From a virus, in IMG/VR virus record IMGVR_UViG_3300037804_000399, positions 26,832 through 90,831 of that record: a stretch of DNA of 64,000 nt; one strand, written 5' to 3'. The notes under the pieces are model-generated. The model saw only the letters and a program-made list of their open reading frames with translations. It did not search any database and had not been told where the DNA came from. The first letter of the stretch is position 1, and each line of letters opens with the position of its first letter. Shown here piece after piece: positions 56,733 through 64,000 of this stretch. The position numbers were made by a program, and so were the translations under genes.

Positions 56733-57284
56733 ATGCCAATCGTATATGAAATTGCTGACAAGAATACAACTGATCTATTCAATCTAGTTATGAACAAAGC
56801 TCATAAGGTTCTAGTTGATCATAAAGTTCGTTTGTCTATTATGGAAGTTAGGAGTCTTAACAAAGAGGGCGATTCACTTGGTCCGTCTTTGAAGAAGAAT
56901 CGTACTCATGTTCCTGGCAAAGTAAGAATTGTTCCTCTTCGTGAACGGGTCAACAGAGATGTTGAAGGAGAAGTTTACATTGATGGAGAATGGTGGGACG
57001 GTATGGTTGAGAAAGAAAAGATTGCTGTTGCAGATTCTTTGATTAGTTATCTTACTATCAAATACGATGCTGATGGAATTGCCTGTCTCGATGACCTAGA
57101 TAGAGTTAGGTTAAAACTAAAAGGTGATGACTTTACATTATTTGGACACTTGCAAGATATTACAAATAAAAATCATCCAACATATCAAAAGTTCCAAGCT
57201 CTTGTCGAAACTGTAAACGGTATTGTCAGAAGCGATGAAGAAATTGATGCTGATAAAAAGGCTGAACAAGATAATGTGGCATAA
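56733..57284 (+). CDS. Phage metallopeptidase-like fold, catalytic motif apparently lost
   Basis: GKVR...YIDGEWW......KIAVADSLISY: the position where HExxH is expected has no His. Confidence 0.4.
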   Translation: MPIVYEIADKNTTDLFNLVMNKAHKVLVDHKVRLSIMEVRSLNKEGDSLGPSLKKNRTHVPGKVRIVPLRERVNRDVEGEVYIDGEWWDGMVEKEKIAVADSLISYLTIKYDADGIACLDDLDRVRLKLKGDDFTLFGHLQDITNKNHPTYQKFQALVETVNGIVRSDEEIDADKKAEQDNVA

Positions 57285-57555
57285 TAGAGGACCAATTTGG
57301 CCTTTTAAGAAGGAGCGTTCAAGTGACGTTCCTTCTTGCACGTCCAGTCAGCATGATGAATTAAATGCAATGAAGGATGTTTTAGTACAAAAAGGAATAC
57401 CATTTGATAATGAGATTATACAAGATCAGTCAGATTGTATTATTGTATATCCTCCTGAGTTAGCTCCTCTCAAAGTAATAATGAATTTACAACAAGCCCA
57501 ACTTTATATAGACCGGTACCATTCTAAACGTGATTGGGATCATATTAAAAACTAA
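57274..57555 (+). CDS. Hypothetical protein
   Basis: Probable ATG at 57274. Confidence 0.45.
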   Translation: MWHNRGPIWPFKKERSSDVPSCTSSQHDELNAMKDVLVQKGIPFDNEIIQDQSDCIIVYPPELAPLKVIMNLQQAQLYIDRYHSKRDWDHIKN

Positions 57556-57571
57556 CAAATGTAGGAACAAT

Positions 57572-58138
57572 ATGTCAGAAAAACTTTCACTTAAAATACT
57601 TAATGATAAAATCAATGCTCTAAATTGTAATCCGAGTTCTTCTGAACCGAGAGTGGTAAAGATTAAAATGACAGAAGGGTATGAAGAATTGTTACCCGTT
57701 CATTCTAAAAAAGGTGATGCAGGTAGGGATTTAAAAGCTCGGGGAGTTTCTATTTGGGACGGAACTGGTTTACAAGATAGATTAGTTGGTATGGGTTGGA
57801 GAATGACTCTTACTCCTGGTAAACAGGTTCTTATTAAAACAGGAGTTCATATCGAATTGCCTAATGATCTCGAAGCTCAAATTCGTCCACGTTCAGGTAA
57901 TGCTCTTAAAGAACAATTGATGGTAACAAATTCTCCTGGAACAATCGATTGTAACTATCGCGGAGAGATTGGTGTCATACTTTTCAATGCTGGAAAGAAT
58001 GATATCGAAATCAAATACGGTGATAGAATTGCTCAAATGGTAATAGCAAATATACCTAATACCGTCCTACTTGAGCAACATCAATTATCAGACACTAATC
58101 GTGGATCTACTGGGTTTGGGGATTCGGGAAAACGTTAA
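57572..58138 (+). CDS. dut: Trimeric dUTPase
   Basis: AG.DL, RPRSG, GTIDCNYRGE, GDRIAQ, RG..GFG.SG. Confidence 0.92.
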   Translation: MSEKLSLKILNDKINALNCNPSSSEPRVVKIKMTEGYEELLPVHSKKGDAGRDLKARGVSIWDGTGLQDRLVGMGWRMTLTPGKQVLIKTGVHIELPNDLEAQIRPRSGNALKEQLMVTNSPGTIDCNYRGEIGVILFNAGKNDIEIKYGDRIAQMVIANIPNTVLLEQHQLSDTNRGSTGFGDSGKR

Positions 58139-58162
58139 CTCATAGTGTAAAAATACCAATTG

Positions 58163-58193
58163 AAAGACCGACATCCACGTCGGTCTTTTTTTT
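58163..58193 (+). terminator. Intrinsic terminator
   Basis: AAAGACCGAC...GTCGGTCTTT + T-run. Confidence 0.85.
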
Positions 58194-58195
58194 AT

Positions 58196-58203
58196 TATAA
58201 ATA
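58196..58203 (+). promoter_or_regulatory. T4-type late promoter
   Basis: TATAAATA. Confidence 0.7.
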
Positions 58204-58223
58204 GATATAGAAATAAAACCATA

Positions 58224-58811
58224 TTGGAATTTAATGTGTCTACACTCAAAGAACAGCTAGAAGAGACAAATAATAAAGTCGAAAAAAACACAAATGATAT
58301 TTTAACAGGTAGAGAAACTATTCATGATGTGCGCAACCTTCTACAACAAATTGATACTGATCAGATAGATGAAAACAAAATCGATCTAGTATTAATTAAA
58401 GAACGTGTTGCTCTTCTCATTGAAGCAAAATCAGATCACGATAGATTCATCACAGAAGCAAATGAATCAGTCAAGGTACTTCAGACTCAAGAAAACTTTA
58501 TGTTGGATAAGTTATGTTCATTAGCTGACACTATTAAAGAGATTGAAAAGTCATCTAACACTAACGAACCAAACGAACCAAACGAAACCACAAAAGCTCT
58601 AATAGCATTCACTAATAAAATGGATGAACAACTGACTTCATCAGCTATTAGTGAAAAGAAGAATTGGTGGTTGAAAGTTTCACAGACTGTTGTGTCTGCT
58701 ATAATTATTGCAATTCTTTTTTACTTTTTTACACTGGCTGTAAATGGCTGGTATGATGATATACGCGATGGCCAATCTCCACCTGCTATCACTAAACCGG
58801 AGAAGAAGTAA
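58224..58811 (+). CDS. Late coiled-coil protein with C-terminal TM anchor
   Basis: Heptad-rich N-terminus; VVSAIIIAILFYFFTLAV TM segment. Confidence 0.55.
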   Translation: MEFNVSTLKEQLEETNNKVEKNTNDILTGRETIHDVRNLLQQIDTDQIDENKIDLVLIKERVALLIEAKSDHDRFITEANESVKVLQTQENFMLDKLCSLADTIKEIEKSSNTNEPNEPNETTKALIAFTNKMDEQLTSSAISEKKNWWLKVSQTVVSAIIIAILFYFFTLAVNGWYDDIRDGQSPPAITKPEKK

Positions 58812-59255
58812 ATGCCATCTATCGTTATTATCGAAAATGAAGATATTCCTATCTCACAGGAAACAAAGGATAAAATTTATAATCGATATCCAAATTGTAA
58901 ATACGAAACTATTTCTAATGACACAAGAGCTTATAAAAGAACATTAACTAATAGATTTGACATTGCATTCATTGATGTAAATTTTGAAGGGAAGAGATTT
59001 GATGCCTTTGATATTGTTAGAGGATGTGTGCTGTCAGGAAAACCAGTTGTAATAATTAGGCATTCGAAAAATGGCAAGTGTAATACTTTAAAATGTGAAG
59101 ATTGTGACAAGTCCAAAGAGTGTGCATGTTCAATCGTAGAAGCGTGTCACGTTACAACTTGGAACGATTTTGAAGCAATTGAAGATGTAACTTCTGACTG
59201 CCCATTAAATTGTAAAGTAAATCTCAATACTATTTTTGAACAATTAAAGAAGTAA
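58812..59255 (+). CDS. Response-regulator receiver-like protein with Cys insert
   Basis: SIVIIENE...FDIAFIDVNF...AFDIV...KPVVII receiver pattern. Confidence 0.5.
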   Translation: MPSIVIIENEDIPISQETKDKIYNRYPNCKYETISNDTRAYKRTLTNRFDIAFIDVNFEGKRFDAFDIVRGCVLSGKPVVIIRHSKNGKCNTLKCEDCDKSKECACSIVEACHVTTWNDFEAIEDVTSDCPLNCKVNLNTIFEQLKK

Positions 59256-59316
59256 AACTTCCAATCGCTCATTAAAATTCTTCGCGTTCCAGTGATAATA
59301 AAATAAATGAGAATTT

Positions 59317-59667
59317 ATGATTATTGCTGATGAAATAGGCGACCTCGATGTATCAAATGAATTAATGGAAGCATTAGCTTCTAATTTTATACGTGAGGAA
59401 AACAATAACTTTATGAATCACATTCTAGTTAGCACTCCTTCTTCCCCAAGCAATAATTTTGCATCATTTAATTCTACAGATATTCAAGTTGATGAATTAT
59501 GTAAACATCTAAAGTGTCAAATTATAGATGCTTTAGGAGTTGTAAGTTCTTATAAACTTAATTATTTTCAGTTACCAGCTCTGGACGTAGATGAAAGTTA
59601 TTCAAAATACACTAGTAGATTAGCAAAACAAATATTGATACAACTATTACAAAAGGAACAATCGTAA
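59317..59667 (+). CDS. Hypothetical protein
   Basis: Class-2 promoter at 59272-59299. Confidence 0.5.
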   Translation: MIIADEIGDLDVSNELMEALASNFIREENNNFMNHILVSTPSSPSNNFASFNSTDIQVDELCKHLKCQIIDALGVVSSYKLNYFQLPALDVDESYSKYTSRLAKQILIQLLQKEQS

Positions 59668-59987
59668 TGCAACTCAGTGACGTAGTAAAAGAAATCGAAA
59701 AAACATTTGACACTTGTAGAAAGGTTCATCAAAGCAAAGGTATTGAATATGCAAATGACGACACAGATCAACTTGCAAACTTCAAACGTATTGCTACCAA
59801 CTTAGGAGTCGATCCTTATGTGCCATTGCTTACGTATATGACTAAACATTGGGATTCTATAAACAACTTTGTTAAATGCGCTACATCAGATGCAGTGTAT
59901 ACATCTTCAGAACCGATTGAAGGGAGAGTAGATGACCTTATCCTTTATGCAATTTTATTAAAATGTATGATAGCTGAAAAGAATTAA
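59667..59987 (+). CDS. All-helical nucleotide-modification-associated (MazG/DUF1599-like) domain protein
   Basis: KG.EYA....LANF....KH....E..E.R..DL..Y..LL. Confidence 0.55.
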   Translation: MQLSDVVKEIEKTFDTCRKVHQSKGIEYANDDTDQLANFKRIATNLGVDPYVPLLTYMTKHWDSINNFVKCATSDAVYTSSEPIEGRVDDLILYAILLKCMIAEKN

Positions 59988-59991
59988 TAAC

Positions 59992-60246
59992 ATGACATTA
60001 AGGTCTAGATTTATACGTGCCCTTGATAAGGGCAACGTGTCCAGGATTAAACAACTCTTAGATGAGAGCTCATTGAATTATATTCCTGAGAGTTTAATTT
60101 GGGACAAGATGGATAATGAAGACCTAGTTATCCAATTAATAGATATGGAACTGGTAAAGTTTTCTTCATTTGAGCAAGTTAAAGTGCTCGCTCCTGCTTC
60201 TATTGTGACAATTGTTAAGATGAAACAGTATTTAAATCAAAAATAA
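59992..60246 (+). CDS. Hypothetical protein with C-terminal KMKQYL tag
   Basis: ORF track; shared C-terminal motif. Confidence 0.5.
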   Translation: MTLRSRFIRALDKGNVSRIKQLLDESSLNYIPESLIWDKMDNEDLVIQLIDMELVKFSSFEQVKVLAPASIVTIVKMKQYLNQK

Positions 60247-60270
60247 CTTAAAAACATCAAAACTTTGAGC

Positions 60271-60298
60271 TTGACTTCTTACTTTAAGGGTGTATATT
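60271..60298 (+). promoter_or_regulatory. Class-1 promoter
   Basis: TTGACT-N16 (containing TAAGGGTG)-TATATT. Confidence 0.75.
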
Positions 60299-60334
60299 AT
60301 AATATATGGTAAATAAAAGCTGGAGAAAGTAAAA

Positions 60335-61543
60335 ATGGAAGACATGTTCAACATAGACGATGTAATTAAGTCACTTTATTTAGACAGTCCGTTTTTCGGA
60401 GTGGTTCTGAACGGAATCTCTCGTAAGTTTGAAGACAGAATCCCAACTGCTTGTGTTACAATGCACAAAGAACTATTGGTCAACAAAGAATTTTGGTCAG
60501 GGTTATCAAAACCTGAACAGAAAGCTGTTCTCAAACATGAAATTCTTCACTTAGCTTTCCTTCACTTCTCAAGATTCTATCTTCAAATGAAAGATGGTGG
60601 AGTTGAAGCAAAATTAGCAAACATTGCAACAGATTGTGCTATCAATCAACACTTAACAGACCTTCCTGGTGATTGTGTCACTCTTGAATGGGTTCGTGAA
60701 TGCACAGAAAGACCCGATCTCGAAGAACTTCAATCAGCTGAATATTATTTCAAAGCTCTTATTCAAAAAAAGAATGAGATCGAAGAAAAAATGGAGACTG
60801 ATCCTGAGTTTAAGAAGATGATGGAAGATCTCCAGGATGGTCATGGCGAATCTATTCAGCAATCTGAGAACGAACAGGGAAAACAGGACGCTGTTGCAGA
60901 AGCTCAAATGAGAAAATTGCTTGATAAAGCAAAACAAGAACAGGAAAAGTTTGAAAAGAAGAATGGTACTAAAAGTGGCAACTCTCTTTCAAGTGTTCTC
61001 CCATCATATGTTCAGATTGATAAAAATGTTTGGAAGAGAGCGATCAGTAAAAGTATCGGAAGTTCTCCTCAAGCAAGAACAATTGAAGTTTACAACCGTC
61101 CAAATCGTAGAAATGCAAAGTCACTTTATGGTAAAAAGCACGTAGTCGAATCAAGCAGATTATATGTTGGATTGGATACGTCTGCATCAATCACTGACGA
61201 AGAAATTGCAAAGTTTGTAAGTCATATCAATCGTGCAATGAAATCAGAAGAAGTTGTTTGTGATATCATTCACTGTGATTCAGTTATTCAGAAAGTTGAT
61301 CTTGGTGTAAAACAGATCAACCCGAAGAAGGGTATTGAAGTTGCTGGTCGTGGTGGAACAGATCTACGTCACATTCAAAAATATATCACTGAACGTGAGA
61401 ATGGAAAGAAGACTCGTCTTGTTTTACTCACTGATGGATATACAGCTTGGGACGATTGTCCAAGAATTGACACAACAGTGATTTACACAAAAGATCATAC
61501 CAAACTTGACTATGTAAAATACGCTGCAGTATTAAATGTATAA
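60335..61543 (+). CDS. HExxH metallopeptidase-like + VWA domain protein (DUF2201-type)
   Basis: HEILHLAFLH, NIATDCAIN; MIDAS-like LDTSAS; GRGGTD; LTDGY. Confidence 0.85.
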   Translation: MEDMFNIDDVIKSLYLDSPFFGVVLNGISRKFEDRIPTACVTMHKELLVNKEFWSGLSKPEQKAVLKHEILHLAFLHFSRFYLQMKDGGVEAKLANIATDCAINQHLTDLPGDCVTLEWVRECTERPDLEELQSAEYYFKALIQKKNEIEEKMETDPEFKKMMEDLQDGHGESIQQSENEQGKQDAVAEAQMRKLLDKAKQEQEKFEKKNGTKSGNSLSSVLPSYVQIDKNVWKRAISKSIGSSPQARTIEVYNRPNRRNAKSLYGKKHVVESSRLYVGLDTSASITDEEIAKFVSHINRAMKSEEVVCDIIHCDSVIQKVDLGVKQINPKKGIEVAGRGGTDLRHIQKYITERENGKKTRLVLLTDGYTAWDDCPRIDTTVIYTKDHTKLDYVKYAAVLNV

Positions 61544-62135
61544 TGGATCGTCAACTCCTACTCCTAAAATGATACAAGCAGTGACCTCTTTTTATAAAAA
61601 GAGGTCACTGCTACCAGAGAATGTAGATGTTTGTATCACTCCAGAATATAAATGGCACACTAGTGGCAACATTCGTATACACAGTGCCCTTCCATTTCCT
61701 GTGGACGTTGATTGTCATTGGGGAGACATTACAATATCTGAAGAAAATCTCAAAAGTCTTAAAATGCGCGGAATGCCTAAAATAATAAAAGGTGATCTAA
61801 ATATTGAGACAGATGTTCTTGATAGTTTTCACGGATCACCTGAAGAAGTAAGATCGTTAAACTTTACATCTATTTTAGGTGAGAATGATACTCGGAGAGG
61901 TACTCATCTTCGCCAGCCTTGGAACTATCCAAACATTCACGATCTGTCAGGACTACCAAAGATCATTAATGAAAATTTATTAATTCAGAGTCACGGAACT
62001 GCATTACATAATATTGACATATTATTTGAAACTCGAATAGGTGGACATGTAGACATCAGAGTTCCTAATCTAATATCAAATGCACAAAAGACCGAACTTG
62101 AATTATTTTTAAAGATGAGAAGTCACCTGGATTGA
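61536..62135 (+). CDS. LRR-like repeat protein
   Basis: SL...GMP.II.G / SF.GSP / L.GLP.II repeats. Confidence 0.55.
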   Translation: MYNGSSTPTPKMIQAVTSFYKKRSLLPENVDVCITPEYKWHTSGNIRIHSALPFPVDVDCHWGDITISEENLKSLKMRGMPKIIKGDLNIETDVLDSFHGSPEEVRSLNFTSILGENDTRRGTHLRQPWNYPNIHDLSGLPKIINENLLIQSHGTALHNIDILFETRIGGHVDIRVPNLISNAQKTELELFLKMRSHLD

Positions 62136-62136
62136 T

Positions 62137-62853
62137 ATGGATAAAGAGATTGTAAATAAACAATATCATTTTTTAAAGGATGTTGTCCGTGTCAACAGTA
62201 AAATATCATTCGATGAGGACACTAACAAGTTTTCAGTAGACGGACGAGTAGATCTGAGAGGTGGACAGTACACTGTCCTTCCTGTCCCTCTCGATATAGT
62301 AACTGGGCCATTTTTTGTTGAAAGTAATAAACTAACATCATTGAAAAACTTCCCGACTATAGTAGCATCACTTCATCTTTCTGATCTCCCAAATCTCTCA
62401 GACTTTAGTAACATGCCAATCATTAAAAACTGTTTAAACTTTAAACATCTTCCGCTATTCAGAGACTTTAGTTCACTACGTCAGCTTTCAATTTTAGATA
62501 TAGTTGTTAATAATTGTGGGATTGAATCACTAAAGGGTTGTCCAAATTTCATTTCTGAAAGTCTAATTTTAACTTCTAACTCAAAATTACGAACTCTTAA
62601 AAGCGGAAGTCCGATCGAAATAGGAAATACATTAAACTGTTCATTTAGTGCTCTCGAGAATCTTAACCATGATGGTCTTCGTATTGTAGGTAGTAATATT
62701 ATTATGAGGGGCATGCCCAATCTAATTGACTGTGTAGGTTTATATTCAATCGATCTTGTTAAAAAAAGGACCAGTGTACACATTGAGGGTAGTACACATG
62801 TTAAAAAAGAACTAGCAGTCTGGGAAAAGATGAAACTTTATACTGATTTTTAA
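62137..62853 (+). CDS. Leucine-rich repeat protein
   Basis: NKLTSLKNFP, GIESLKGCP, KLRTLKSGSP repeats. Confidence 0.65.
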   Translation: MDKEIVNKQYHFLKDVVRVNSKISFDEDTNKFSVDGRVDLRGGQYTVLPVPLDIVTGPFFVESNKLTSLKNFPTIVASLHLSDLPNLSDFSNMPIIKNCLNFKHLPLFRDFSSLRQLSILDIVVNNCGIESLKGCPNFISESLILTSNSKLRTLKSGSPIEIGNTLNCSFSALENLNHDGLRIVGSNIIMRGMPNLIDCVGLYSIDLVKKRTSVHIEGSTHVKKELAVWEKMKLYTDF

Positions 62854-62874
62854 TAAAAAAACTCGAAAAAGAGC

Positions 62875-62902
62875 TTGACTTATCTATTTAAGGGTGTATA
62901 GT
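62875..62902 (+). promoter_or_regulatory. Class-1 promoter
   Basis: TTGACT-N16 (containing TAAGGGTG)-TATAGT. Confidence 0.75.
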
Positions 62903-62945
62903 ATAATAGGTAAGAAAGAAATGTTAAAAAAATGGAGAAGTAAAT

Positions 62946-64000
62946 ATGTCAGCAGTCATCAATATCTCAATGTTCAAGAAGATCGGAAATTGGATCGCTA
63001 AGAATCAGAAAGATGCTCGTATCGTTCCACTAATTTGGGGAAAGCACGGTATCGGTAAGACTCAAGTCACAGAAGAAATCGCAAAGACTGCTGGTTATAA
63101 CTGTGTTATTCTCAACCTTGCAAACCAAACCACAGAAGATCTACTAGGATTTCCTGATGGTAACGGTGGATATCTTCTACCTGATTGGGTTGTTAGTGCT
63201 GATCGTGAAGATAAGCGTTCTTATATCGACACAAAACTTCCAACACTTTATTTCCTAGACGAAGTAAACCGTGCTCCGAAGTATATCCTTCAGGCAATGT
63301 TCAACTTTATCAATGAAGGTCGTATCCACACTCATAGAATCAGCAAAGATGATGTTATCTTTGCAGCAGCCAACCCTGCTGATATTGATTATGAAGTTAC
63401 TGACTTTGAAGACAAAGCGTTTTTGTCAAGATTTGCTCACTTTTATCTTGAACCAAACAGTTCTGAATTCTTGAGCTATCTTCAGAGCAAGAAAGCTCAT
63501 CCAGGTATCATTACTGCTCTTAAACTTTCTCCTGAAGTTGTTGATTATTCAATCGACAGTGAGTATAAGATTACTGTTCAACCTGACAATCGTTCAATTG
63601 ATCGTATTGTTGACATGATGAACATCATGGATGGGACTCCTGAATACAATGAGTTTGGTGAAGAAATTATCACTGCAATGGTTGGTTCTGATTTTGCAGC
63701 AACAATTATCGCTTCAATGAAGGAGCATGAAAATATGTCTCCTGAAAAGATTCTAACCGTCTCTGACAAGTCGGAATTTGATTTCGAGCCTCAACAGCTT
63801 GATGTTATTACAGCACTTTCAGGTGGAGTAACTGGTATCTTAAAAGAACGTTACACTAAAGACAGTGAAGAGAGTCCTTTCTCAGAAGATGAGATCAAAT
63901 CTCTAATGGTCTACTTGGATTTCATTCCTCGTGATGCGGAATTTGCTTTCATCAAAGACATGATGAATGCCACAAACAACCTTGTGTTAATGCGCACAAT
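62946..64000 (+). CDS. MoxR/dynein-related AAA+ ATPase, 3'-truncated by the window edge
   Basis: Own translation from ATG 62946 (GGAG RBS): PLIWGKHGIGKT, EDLLGFP, LYFLDEVNRA, FAAANP, SRF. Absent from the ORF track because there is no stop in the window. Confidence 0.88.
   Translation, partial: MSAVINISMFKKIGNWIAKNQKDARIVPLIWGKHGIGKTQVTEEIAKTAGYNCVILNLANQTTEDLLGFPDGNGGYLLPDWVVSADREDKRSYIDTKLPTLYFLDEVNRAPKYILQAMFNFINEGRIHTHRISKDDVIFAAANPADIDYEVTDFEDKAFLSRFAHFYLEPNSSEFLSYLQSKKAHPGIITALKLSPEVVDYSIDSEYKITVQPDNRSIDRIVDMMNIMDGTPEYNEFGEEIITAMVGSDFAATIIASMKEHENMSPEKILTVSDKSEFDFEPQQLDVITALSGGVTGILKERYTKDSEESPFSEDEIKSLMVYLDFIPRDAEFAFIKDMMNATNNLVLMRT

Noticed and set aside
1-64000. tRNA/rRNA genes and stop-codon reassignment
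   Set aside because: No cloverleaf or rRNA-like segment noticed by eye (tRNAscan not run); core genes are intact under the standard code and both TAG and TGA serve as stops

Overview
AT-rich, single-strand (+) 64 kb segment of a large T4-superfamily (myovirus/jumbo-like) phage. T4-like core genes are recognisable: Holliday-junction resolvase, gp62, UvsY, UvsW, gp13 neck, gp43 polymerase, gp6 baseplate, gp55 late sigma, gp47/46, gp61 primase and gp39+60/gp52 topoisomerase II. Also present are GroEL, a double-domain GroES, dUTPase, APS kinase (CysC), a CCA/poly(A)-type nucleotidyltransferase, a homing endonuclease and a MoxR-AAA/VWA-peptidase pair. The main candidate novel system is a ~11 kb cassette (about 20.7-31.9 kb) that appears to split a gp7-like baseplate gene. 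It encodes a mucin-like (Ser-Thr)n stalk, several cadherin-like/variable-tip adhesin proteins whose domains seem to be split across genes (possible docking by complementation) and two PAPS-dependent sulfotransferases. The phage's own APS kinase elsewhere could supply PAPS, suggesting a sulfated virion appendage. Other signals: a shared N-terminal leader on at least seven unrelated proteins (capsid-targeting-like), a shared C-terminal KM(K/R)x(H/Y) tag on four unrelated proteins, and three promoter classes. All family calls come from motif recognition by eye; no database search was run.
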